Origin: Alphaproteobacteria bacterium
GTDB lineage: Bacteria > Pseudomonadota > Alphaproteobacteria > Rs-D84
DNA length: 64,000 bases
Direction of reading: 5' to 3'
NCBI GenBank assembly: GCA_015062525.1
Contig: SUUM01000001.1
Coordinates: 132,931 to 196,930, forward strand
The notes under the pieces were generated by a model. The model was not told the DNA's origin. It saw nothing but the letters and a program-made list of their open reading frames with translations, and made no database searches. Every line of letters starts with the position of its first letter. The stretch's first letter is position 1. A program made the translations under genes and the position numbers. Shown piece by piece: positions 26,932 through 35,908 of this stretch.

Positions 26932-27366
26932 ATGACGAACCAAGAATTTTTATCATATATAAAATCCCGCGGGGCATACTTTGCCGCGCCAATTGCCCCA
27001 AATCAAATTGCACTAACTAACACCGCCCTGCAACAACGGCGACGTGCCATGTTGCCCGCGTTTATGTCTGAACTTTATACCAAGACGGGCGGGATTATTC
27101 TGGGCAACGGCTATATATTTGGACCCAACGAAATCCCCCAGGGTCTGCGCTTTCCCGTACCCACAATTATAAAAATTAATGAAGATGTTTCTAACCTGCC
27201 CCAAACAATTGGCAAAACAATATTTGGTCGCAACGACCTGTTTTGGTTTGCATTTGACGCATTTGGCACGTGCTTTATGCTGGATAACTTGACATTATCC
27301 CCACTTCGTCGCTATGATGACCCGCACCGCGCATTAATTGATTGCTTACTGGGGGGCAAAATATAA
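26932..27366 (+). CDS. SMI1/KNR4 (SUKH)-like protein, putative immunity-type protein
   Basis: It is about 144 aa. LPAFMSELYTKTGGIILGNGYIFG resembles the SUKH signature LPxxYxxFLxxxNGG. The ATG at 26932 has GGGGGA upstream. Confidence 0.4.
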   Translation: MTNQEFLSYIKSRGAYFAAPIAPNQIALTNTALQQRRRAMLPAFMSELYTKTGGIILGNGYIFGPNEIPQGLRFPVPTIIKINEDVSNLPQTIGKTIFGRNDLFWFAFDAFGTCFMLDNLTLSPLRRYDDPHRALIDCLLGGKI

Positions 27367-27371
27367 AAACC

Positions 27372-27590
27372 ATGAAAAAAATTTCTGTATCCTTATCCGG
27401 TCATCAAACCAGTATCACATTGGAACCAGAATTTATTGATGCCCTGCACGCATTGGCGGCACGCAACAACAAACCCATCGCCCAGATAATAAATGAAATT
27501 GACGGCGCGCGCGCACCTGACACAAACCTGTCATCCGCGGTCCGCGTATGGGTATTGAACCAGATGATTCTGCGCCTGGGCGGAAATTAA
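27372..27590 (+). CDS. Ribbon-helix-helix protein (RHH_4 type)
   Basis: SLSGHQTSITLEPEFIDAL...NLSSAVRVWVL matches the RHH_4 pattern that is common in alphaproteobacteria. Confidence 0.55.
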   Translation: MKKISVSLSGHQTSITLEPEFIDALHALAARNNKPIAQIINEIDGARAPDTNLSSAVRVWVLNQMILRLGGN

Positions 27591-27615
27591 AAACACCCGC
27601 CATGCGGATGTAAAT

Positions 27616-28356
27616 TTATTGTTTTTTCATTTGCTTTTGCGAATTGTTATACGCACGATATTGATTCTGCAAACAAGCCCGCATATCATCTATCATATTT
27701 CTAAACTGTTTTTTATCCAATGTCTGTGCTTTTTCATTTCCATTACAATAATTATTCCAATTATCTGTACTACACCCTTTTCCTTCACCGATATTCTGTC
27801 CTGCTAACTTACAAAAATCTTGAACCAACTGTTTTTTCAGTTCGGAACTGACACTATCACCATTACCAGACATATTTACAATCATGTTCAGATTATCTTC
27901 ATAACACTTTAATATTTCAGAATCCTGGTAATAATTCAGGCAATTCTTAACCCCCGCCATATGAATATTTCTGTCATCCGACTTAAACGACGAACCGCCC
28001 GATGACGAAGACGAACCCGACGACGATGCGCCCTTGGCCTCTAACCCTGTGGTCAACACCGCCTTTTCCAATTGGGTCTTTAACCGTCGCAACATTGATT
28101 CCATCTGTTCATATTGGCGATACATCTGTTGGGTAATCAGCGTTGTTTTCATTGCGATAACATCGCGCATTAATTCTTTGTCCGCGCCCGTTGGGTTTTC
28201 TGTTTTACCAATATTATATGCGTGCGTGGAACACAGCGCCAATTCCGCCACAATCGCATCATTATCGTCATTTTCACACCCATTGTCCGCCACCGCCGGC
28301 ACACACACCACCAGCGCAACCAACACCCCACAAAAGATACTTTTTAATTTTTTCAT
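27616..28356 (-). CDS. Secreted cysteine-containing orphan protein (246 aa)
   Basis: It has a signal peptide, a coiled-coil segment, a Ser/Gly-rich linker and eight Cys in the mature part. It overlaps the upstream gene by 4 nt. Confidence 0.55.
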   Translation of the reverse strand: MKKLKSIFCGVLVALVVCVPAVADNGCENDDNDAIVAELALCSTHAYNIGKTENPTGADKELMRDVIAMKTTLITQQMYRQYEQMESMLRRLKTQLEKAVLTTGLEAKGASSSGSSSSSGGSSFKSDDRNIHMAGVKNCLNYYQDSEILKCYEDNLNMIVNMSGNGDSVSSELKKQLVQDFCKLAGQNIGEGKGCSTDNWNNYCNGNEKAQTLDKKQFRNMIDDMRACLQNQYRAYNNSQKQMKKQ

Positions 28357-30239
28357 TTTTTATTTACAATCTGTCCATTGTTACATTTCTTTTTTACAGG
28401 ATCGACTTTTTGTACAAAACCAGGATTGCAATAACAATTAGAGTCACTACCATTAAAATATCCGCCAACATCCAGACATTGCAATCTAAGTTTATCTTTC
28501 TCATCTATTTTTTTTACAATCCAGTCACCTTCTTCATTTATAGTAAAAATCCAATCAGAACCTTGTATCTTACAACGATAGACACCTGATTCTTCTATCC
28601 ATTCTATATTTGCACCTGAATGTAATCCAGCCCATCCGGTACATTTTTCTTCGGTATCAACAGGAATAATTTTATTGTCCAAACCACTTCTATACGTCGT
28701 CTCCGCAATCGGACCGCCCAAACGCCACGTCGGCGCCAATGATTCATTTGAAACACAAACCTTTTTCGGTAATTTCTTACTTTGCACCGCCGTCAACAGA
28801 CTTTGATACCCCGTTGGGGTCAACGCACAATACTTTAACCTTTCGGTATCTGCATCGCTATTGCTTTGTGAATAACGATTAGCCCCCGCATAATCCGGCG
28901 CATCCTGTAAAATAATCCGTTCCAATGTATCTAGATCCAACGTCGCGCCTTTTTTACTGCTACGACGACCAAATATCGCAATTGATTCCAATGCCGATGT
29001 CGCACATCCAACACGAACCAGACGGTCACCCTCGTAATTTTCATCCAGCCATTCACGCAACACTTCGTCATTATCACCCGCCCCACCAATTAACTGGGTA
29101 ACGGTACACCGGGTATCATCCTGGGGCGGAATCGCCATTTTAACGACACATTCCTGGCCACCCTTAACCACTCCATGCTTTACCGACCGACCATTTATAC
29201 AATTTTCATCGCTATAAGACTCAACTTTGTGCTTTTCATCAATTCCCGTACACAGGAATTTACCCCACTGATTACACGCACCACTTAACATCATAATAAC
29301 GTCGGACACATCCACACCAACCGCCAACGCCATCTCTAATGCTTCGTACGCTTCGTCCACAATTTCATCATAGGGTTCAAAAAACGCATGCGCTTTTTCC
29401 TTGAAAATCTTGACACGTTTTGGTCCCGCACAGTTATTCCCACGCCCATCACAACCCGCATAGACAAACGCCGTATCCATTGTTGCCTTTAATTTTTTAA
29501 GGGCCACCTCGGCATTTTCAATTTTCGACAGAATCTGACCCGAAATCTGTTTGCGCGCCAACAGGTCTGCATCAACCCCCTTTTCCGCCGCTGCAACCAT
29601 CTCGTCCGTCAAAGCGCCATTACCCGACGCCACGGGTGCGGACACCTCGGGCTGTTTGGTGGCCTGTTCCATCGCTGCGGCCGTCAATGCCTTTTGTTCA
29701 TCCAGCGCGGCCTGCATCTGGGCCATTTGTTGGGCATTTTGCTGTTGCATTTCATATTGCATTTGTTGCATCTGCGCCTGCATTTGTTGCAATTGCGCAT
29801 TACTTTGCGTGGCCGCCGCCTGGGCCGCCGCGGTTTGCGCTGCGATTTGGGCCTGTTGCGCCTTGTTTGTTGCATTAGACACCAACTGCGCAGAAATAAA
29901 TTCAATTAAATCATCGCCATATTTTTTGCATGCTGCATTACTGTTCACACAGCCCGCCACAATCGGACGCGCCAAATCCAATGTATTACACCCCGCACAC
30001 TTTGGCTGGGCACAACGCAAAATCAACGAATTACAGTTTCCAAAATCAGCCGTCGCCCCACCGCCACCACCCGCCATGGCGCGACTATTCATCATCTGAT
30101 TCCAGTTATTATTATTTGTTGCCCCAGAATTTCCATTCCATGCGGTTAAATTACTGCCCGCAGTGGTTGCGATTTGCCCCTGCGCAAACGTTGGAATTGC
30201 GCACAAACACAGCAATAAAAATCGCTTAAATAATTTCAT
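28353..30239 (-). CDS. Secreted cysteine-rich orphan protein with a Gln/Ala-rich coiled coil (about 628 aa)
   Basis: It has the signal peptide MKLFKRFLLLCLCAIPTFA, roughly twenty Cys and a long Q/A/M low-complexity helix. I trimmed the start to the ATG at 30239. Confidence 0.55.
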   Translation of the reverse strand: MKLFKRFLLLCLCAIPTFAQGQIATTAGSNLTAWNGNSGATNNNNWNQMMNSRAMAGGGGGATADFGNCNSLILRCAQPKCAGCNTLDLARPIVAGCVNSNAACKKYGDDLIEFISAQLVSNATNKAQQAQIAAQTAAAQAAATQSNAQLQQMQAQMQQMQYEMQQQNAQQMAQMQAALDEQKALTAAAMEQATKQPEVSAPVASGNGALTDEMVAAAEKGVDADLLARKQISGQILSKIENAEVALKKLKATMDTAFVYAGCDGRGNNCAGPKRVKIFKEKAHAFFEPYDEIVDEAYEALEMALAVGVDVSDVIMMLSGACNQWGKFLCTGIDEKHKVESYSDENCINGRSVKHGVVKGGQECVVKMAIPPQDDTRCTVTQLIGGAGDNDEVLREWLDENYEGDRLVRVGCATSALESIAIFGRRSSKKGATLDLDTLERIILQDAPDYAGANRYSQSNSDADTERLKYCALTPTGYQSLLTAVQSKKLPKKVCVSNESLAPTWRLGGPIAETTYRSGLDNKIIPVDTEEKCTGWAGLHSGANIEWIEESGVYRCKIQGSDWIFTINEEGDWIVKKIDEKDKLRLQCLDVGGYFNGSDSNCYCNPGFVQKVDPVKKKCNNGQIVNKK

Positions 30240-30297
30240 ATTCTCTCTTGGCTTTAATTTTAACACAAAAAAGGAATATATAAAAGACAATTTTTAT

Positions 30298-32295
30298 TTA
30301 ATCTTTATCAATTCTGCGAACAGTCAAAATCCCCAGTATCGACACAATCAAAACAACAATCATCCAACCATTTAATCCAATCGCGCGATATGGTGTTTCA
30401 TGCGCCCCCCAAACAAATCCATCCAACACACCCGTTGCCCCAATCGGCAACATTGACTCAACAGCACCATCCGCGCCAACAAACGCACTAATTCCCGAAT
30501 AATTCGCACGCACAATCGGCAAGCCTGATTCAATTGCATATCGACGCACCATGTCCAGATGTTGATACGTACCCGGTGTATTTCCGAACCAATTATCATT
30601 GGTTAAATTTACAATTGCCGAAACCCCCGTCGCATCATCTGGCAACAACGAATCAGAAAAAATCACTTCATAACAAATTGCGGGTGCAAAGACAAAATGT
30701 CCAATCGACAAAATTTCTGGCCCAGCACCTGGCACTAAATCCACCGGCGCGGGCAATACCCCCAACGGTCTGTATTCTCCAAATGGCACCAAATGTGATT
30801 TACTGTAAATTTTTTGGATTACACCATCTGCACCAACAACAACCATGGAATTAGACACACCTTCTGCACTAATTGTATTCGCCCCAATAATAACCGAACG
30901 CCCCAACATCCGGACAAATTCAAAATCATCATTCGGCATTACGGCAAATGGGTATGTAGTTTCCGGAAACACAATAATATCCGGATTGCCGGGCTGGGTT
31001 GCAAGCATCATCAGATTTTGCAAATTATATTCCGCACGTGCCAAGGCCTCTTCTCGACTATGCGTTGCCTTGTCCGATTGCGATTGACCGGGTTGAACTA
31101 TACGAATCATATACCCAGACGCATTTGCCCCCGCATCTGCACGTTGCATATTTTTATAACCAAAACACGCACCACCCACACCCATCGCACAGAACAGCAA
31201 CATCACAACCCAACACGATACAGACTTTTTATTGCGCAAAACCTCGACCAAAGTGGCACACAACCCAACCAAAACAAAAGTCAGTCCCAACGCCCCCCAC
31301 AACGACATAGAATTTGCCAACATCGGCCACGGCATAGTGATATTTGCAATCGGATTCCACGGGAAACCTGTGAACATCCATTCGCGCGCCCACAGAACCA
31401 AAGTCCATACACACGCGAACAATATCGCACGCCCTGCGCCACGACGACATGCCACCGCAACGAACGGCCATGAAAATATAAGTGCACCCGCAATCGCCAA
31501 TCCAATCAGACCCGGAATCGTCCAAATTGCAAACTGTTGAGTTAATTCCGGCACCACATAGATGGAATGAAAAACCCACCAAAAATTCGCCACCGCATAC
31601 ATCGCACCAAATGGCGACACACGAATAAACGTACGCCAAAACCCACCCATATTTTCATTACGAACGGTCAACCAATACGCCCCCATAATACCAATTATCG
31701 TCCACCACCAATGATAGAACGGCGCAAAACCAAAACTCGCAACCCCGCCAAACAGTGCGTACAGCGCATATTGCCAAAATCCATTTTCACGAATTTTGAA
31801 ACTTTTCATCCACGACACAAAACGTCCCCCCGGACAGCAACTGGCGTCTTTACACACAACAACATTTTCATCAGCATACGGATTTTTTATTCCCATTTTT
31901 TTCAGCACCTTGATTTCCTTCATCTCCATCAGCATCGCTTCTTGGTCATTCAAATGGTCATACCCCAGCAAATGAAACATCCCATGCACAACCATATGTG
32001 CCACATGGTCATGAAATGATATTTTTCCATCTTTTGCTTCGCGCATTACTGTATCATATGAAATATAGATATCACCCAACAACACATCATCACCCAATTC
32101 AAACGACAAAACATTTGTTGGTTTATCTATATTGCGATAAATACGATTGATTTCATGAATTTCCGCATCATCGGTCAGAATTATTGACACCTCGGCATTT
32201 TTATATTTTGCCCCCACCACCATATTCGCGATTTTTTCAAAATCGATTTTATGTTTGTCCCAACGTTTATCATGAACATCAACATATACTTTCAT
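30298..32295 (-). CDS. lnt: In-frame fusion of YbeY endoribonuclease and apolipoprotein N-acyltransferase (Lnt)
   Basis: Residues 1 to about 140 carry the YbeY metal motif HGMFHLLGYDH. From about residue 165 onward there is a multi-TM Lnt with a C-terminal nitrilase-type domain. The ORF is a single 665 codons with no stop. Confidence 0.8.
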   Translation of the reverse strand: MKVYVDVHDKRWDKHKIDFEKIANMVVGAKYKNAEVSIILTDDAEIHEINRIYRNIDKPTNVLSFELGDDVLLGDIYISYDTVMREAKDGKISFHDHVAHMVVHGMFHLLGYDHLNDQEAMLMEMKEIKVLKKMGIKNPYADENVVVCKDASCCPGGRFVSWMKSFKIRENGFWQYALYALFGGVASFGFAPFYHWWWTIIGIMGAYWLTVRNENMGGFWRTFIRVSPFGAMYAVANFWWVFHSIYVVPELTQQFAIWTIPGLIGLAIAGALIFSWPFVAVACRRGAGRAILFACVWTLVLWAREWMFTGFPWNPIANITMPWPMLANSMSLWGALGLTFVLVGLCATLVEVLRNKKSVSCWVVMLLFCAMGVGGACFGYKNMQRADAGANASGYMIRIVQPGQSQSDKATHSREEALARAEYNLQNLMMLATQPGNPDIIVFPETTYPFAVMPNDDFEFVRMLGRSVIIGANTISAEGVSNSMVVVGADGVIQKIYSKSHLVPFGEYRPLGVLPAPVDLVPGAGPEILSIGHFVFAPAICYEVIFSDSLLPDDATGVSAIVNLTNDNWFGNTPGTYQHLDMVRRYAIESGLPIVRANYSGISAFVGADGAVESMLPIGATGVLDGFVWGAHETPYRAIGLNGWMIVVLIVSILGILTVRRIDKD

Positions 32296-32321
32296 ATTTT
32301 CCCCACCTTTCTAACAGGAAC

Positions 32322-34208
32322 CTATGCCATATTTCCTTTGAATTCTTGCCCATACAGCAACAAATCAGACTTAGCATTCTTTTGATGAATCTGCTTTATA
32401 CCGGAATTGAATGCGACCTTTTTATTACCAGCCCGCTTTAACTTTTCGGACACACGTGTAATATCTTTCTGCACACGTCGATTTCCGTTTGCCAGCGCCA
32501 ACTTATAATTTGCCAATGCTTTTTGTAAATTCCCCAGTTGTTCGTACGCAAATCCAGCGTTATATTGCGCAGCGCCATATTGTGATTTATCACCAATACG
32601 CTGGACAACCTCGCGCGCTTGGGCAATTGCATCGTTATACCGCCCCAGTTTATTGTAGGTTGCCGCCAAATCATTTCTCAACAATGCATTATCAGGATAT
32701 TGTTCAATCATTTTCTTGTATTTATCTGCGGCCAACTGATAGTCACCCGCCCGATATGCGCCAACCGCGTCGGCATACAGTTCATCATACCCCAGTACAT
32801 ATGTCTTAATCTTGACCTGTTCTTCCTTTACTTCTTGTTTTTTCTTATCAGCCCGCTTTACCATATCCCAAAAACTTGGCTGTACCGCAACCTCGCACTT
32901 GCCTGCGCGACACGCCTCCGCCACATCTTGTGGCAACCAATCCCCCGCAGGTTTCCACCGACTTCCCGTCAGTTTATTTCCCCTTCTATCCACTGGATTT
33001 TCCAACCATTTGTTAAATTTTTCCAACGTCTTATTATTTACAAATCTTTTCCTATTTTTTTCTACAAACCAATTTTCACGTTCATCACCGATTATTTTAA
33101 AGAACTCTGGCATTCCACCAACTGGAATTTTCAAAAATACTTCTGGTTTAATTCCACCCCTAAGCACCTGTGCTTCTAACCACCTGCGCCATTTCAAACC
33201 ATTTCCTCCCTTCAAAAAACGCCCCAACGAATCTGCAACCACTTCTTTATTTGCGCCTGTCAACCACACCTGTCCAACAGGCGTCATATGTTCCACAGGA
33301 TACTTTTCAAACACCGCGCGCACTTGTTCCGCCGTTATTGCATTGCCGTATTCTTTGTACAGTTTATTCAATTCTGCGAAACGATCCTCATAGTTCTGAT
33401 TTCTCTTTTCATTCACAATTGGCGATTCAATCAAATTAGTTCCCAGATTATATGTTGCGGATGCCAAAGCCACCAACTCGCTGGCACTGTTAACATCCAC
33501 ACCGTCAAATACGACATCATAGCAATACAAGTGGAAAAAAGTCTCTTTTTCTGTAATGTGCCAACAGGCTAATTCATACGCCTGCTGGGTAGTAATTGGC
33601 GGTGTATTTTTATTAACACGTGTTCCATCCTTTAATACGGTTGAACCAAACCCGATTGTCCAAACACCCTGTCCATCCAGATAAGGGATATGCATTCCCT
33701 GGGCATTGACCCTAACCCCCTCTTTGGCTATCAAATCCGCCACCAGATAAGGCAACACAGGCCTCATTTTTTCCAAAAACTCCGCATATGTTCCCGCCTG
33801 GGCACGCTTTATACTGTTTTCTATCTTAACCTCTTCTACCAAATCAGAAATTTCAATCCCCGCCTTAGTTCCACCTACAATTAACATAATCAGCATATAA
33901 TAAATCACATGCGACGATAAATTCGGATGTCGCTTCATAAATTCCTGTAATTTTTTATTTTCACCCTTCTTGTTTTTTTTGACACGCATATCACGCAACT
34001 TTCTTTCACCCGCACGCAATGCATGATTATCCAAAGTAATATATTTAGTTGCCCAGAATAAAAACTGCGCCAATCCCGTCATTGTCATCCCAGCACCCTT
34101 GGCCACTTTACCATACCATTTATCAGGCTGTGTACGCATGATTTCCTGGGTTGCGCGACCAAAAGCCCTGTGTGGAAAGTTAACAATTTTTTGAAATTTC
34201 TCTGCCAT
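32322..34208 (-). CDS. Membrane-anchored GH24 (phage-lysozyme-like) domain protein with C-terminal TPR repeats
   Basis: It has two hydrophobic segments. EGVRVNAQGMHIPYLDGQGVWTIGFGST resembles the T4-lysozyme-type motif EG....Y.D..G..TIGYG. The C-terminus has TPR-like repeats. Confidence 0.6.
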   Translation of the reverse strand: MAEKFQKIVNFPHRAFGRATQEIMRTQPDKWYGKVAKGAGMTMTGLAQFLFWATKYITLDNHALRAGERKLRDMRVKKNKKGENKKLQEFMKRHPNLSSHVIYYMLIMLIVGGTKAGIEISDLVEEVKIENSIKRAQAGTYAEFLEKMRPVLPYLVADLIAKEGVRVNAQGMHIPYLDGQGVWTIGFGSTVLKDGTRVNKNTPPITTQQAYELACWHITEKETFFHLYCYDVVFDGVDVNSASELVALASATYNLGTNLIESPIVNEKRNQNYEDRFAELNKLYKEYGNAITAEQVRAVFEKYPVEHMTPVGQVWLTGANKEVVADSLGRFLKGGNGLKWRRWLEAQVLRGGIKPEVFLKIPVGGMPEFFKIIGDERENWFVEKNRKRFVNNKTLEKFNKWLENPVDRRGNKLTGSRWKPAGDWLPQDVAEACRAGKCEVAVQPSFWDMVKRADKKKQEVKEEQVKIKTYVLGYDELYADAVGAYRAGDYQLAADKYKKMIEQYPDNALLRNDLAATYNKLGRYNDAIAQAREVVQRIGDKSQYGAAQYNAGFAYEQLGNLQKALANYKLALANGNRRVQKDITRVSEKLKRAGNKKVAFNSGIKQIHQKNAKSDLLLYGQEFKGNMA

Positions 34209-34209
34209 C

Positions 34210-34596
34210 TTATTTTCTCCCTAATCCTGATTTTTTTGCAATTTTTGAACGTTTACGTGCATATGCAGGTGCCACAAATGGATAGTCATCTGGCAATCCC
34301 CACTTTTCACGATACTGTTGCGGTGTTAAATTAAACCGACGTTTGATATATCGGCGCAGCATTACATGCCACGTACCATCTTCCAGACATTGAATTTTAT
34401 CTGGCATCACAGAATCTTCTATTTGTTGGGGCGTAATTGATGTTCCGCGTAAAATCTCGCGCGCGTTTTTTACCGCCTCTTCCATGGTTAACTTTGGGTT
34501 TGCATTTATTGCCGCCGCCGCCAGATTTGCAACCGCCAACGTAAATTCAGAATTTTTATTTACCAACTTGCCAATTCCTTTATAATTTAATAACAT
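34210..34596 (-). CDS. mucR: Ros/MucR family transcriptional regulator (zinc ligands not conserved)
   Basis: The C-terminal LTPQQYREKWGLPDDYPFVAPAYARKRSKIAKKSGLG is diagnostic. I chose the start at 34596 so that the gene does not overlap the divergent rarA. Confidence 0.8.
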   Translation of the reverse strand: MLLNYKGIGKLVNKNSEFTLAVANLAAAAINANPKLTMEEAVKNAREILRGTSITPQQIEDSVMPDKIQCLEDGTWHVMLRRYIKRRFNLTPQQYREKWGLPDDYPFVAPAYARKRSKIAKKSGLGRK

Positions 34597-34636
34597 AATT
34601 ATATCACAAATTAACAATAAATAAAAGCCAAGTAAA

Positions 34637-35908
34637 ATGACACGACCACTTGCCGATTTAATGCGCCCCAACACAATTGACCAGGTTATTGGTCAAACCA
34701 CACTGTTGGGCGAAAACGGCCTGGTCCGTCGCATGGTTGACAATAAAAAACTATCTAATTTAATTCTGTGGGGCCCGCCCGGGTGTGGCAAAACCACAAT
34801 CGCGCGCGCCCTGGCAAATTCTGTTGACATGGACTTTGTGCCGATGTCTGCGGTATTTTCCGGAACTGCTGATATTAAAAAGGCAATGGATGCCGCCCGT
34901 ATGAACCGCGACATTGGCCGTGGCACATTGCTATTCATCGATGAAATTCATCGCTTTAACAAAACGCAACAGGACACCCTGCTGCCATATTTAGAAGATG
35001 GCACGGTTGTATTTATTGGCGCAACAACTGAAAACCCCAGTTTTAATTTAAACAACGCATTATTATCGCGTTGTCACATCGGGGTTTTACAACCCTTATC
35101 GACCGAAGACTTATTAACCTTGATGACCCGTGCCGAAGAATTCGTCGACAAAAAATTACCATTAGAAAATGATGCACGCACCCACCTGGCCCAGATGGCA
35201 GACGGCGACGCACGATTTTTACTGAATACTGTAGAATACTTGTTTAATGCAAATTTCAAGAAACCATTATCATCAGACGCCTTGGACAACGCTGTACAGA
35301 AGCGCGCCCCCCTGTCGGACAAGCATGGCGACGAACACTATAATTTAATATCTGCGGTTCACAAATCCCTGCGGGCAAGTGATACGGACGCGGCACTTTA
35401 TTGGACGGCGCGCATGATGACATCGGGCCAAGACCCCATGTATATTTTCCGCAGGCTTACCCGCTTTGCGGTCGAAGATGTGGGACTTGCCGACCCAAAC
35501 GCCCTGCAGATTGCAATTGCCGCCTGGTCTGCGTATGAAAGATTGGGCAGTCCCGAAGGCGACCTGGCACTAACACAACTTGTTATCTATCTGGGGACCG
35601 CCCCAAAAAGCATTGGCAATTACCGCGCGCAAAAGGCCGCATATGCGTGCGCCCGCGAAACGGGCAGTTTAATGCCACCCAAGAATATTCTGAACGCGCC
35701 AACAAAAATGATGAAAAATCTGGGTTATAATGCGGGCTATATTTATGACCCCGACACCGCGACCGGCTTTTCCGGTCAGAACTGTTTCCCAGAATCAATG
35801 GGGCGTAAAAAGTTTTATGAACCGGTCGAACGTGGATTTGAACGTGAAATAAAAAAACGTCTGGAATATTGGGACGCATTACGCGAAAAAATGAATAAAA
35901 CCACTTAA
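34637..35908 (+). CDS. rarA: Replication-associated recombination protein A (AAA+ ATPase)
   Basis: It has the Walker A motif GPPGCGKTT, the Walker B motif DEIHRFNK and a MgsA C-terminal domain. Confidence 0.92.
   Translation: MTRPLADLMRPNTIDQVIGQTTLLGENGLVRRMVDNKKLSNLILWGPPGCGKTTIARALANSVDMDFVPMSAVFSGTADIKKAMDAARMNRDIGRGTLLFIDEIHRFNKTQQDTLLPYLEDGTVVFIGATTENPSFNLNNALLSRCHIGVLQPLSTEDLLTLMTRAEEFVDKKLPLENDARTHLAQMADGDARFLLNTVEYLFNANFKKPLSSDALDNAVQKRAPLSDKHGDEHYNLISAVHKSLRASDTDAALYWTARMMTSGQDPMYIFRRLTRFAVEDVGLADPNALQIAIAAWSAYERLGSPEGDLALTQLVIYLGTAPKSIGNYRAQKAAYACARETGSLMPPKNILNAPTKMMKNLGYNAGYIYDPDTATGFSGQNCFPESMGRKKFYEPVERGFEREIKKRLEYWDALREKMNKTT

Noticed and set aside
29551-30099. Plus-strand ORFs, including one of 182 aa, rich in Ala/Cys.
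   Set aside because: They are antisense to the Gln/Ala low-complexity part of the secreted cysteine-rich protein. Repeat-driven open frames are expected there.
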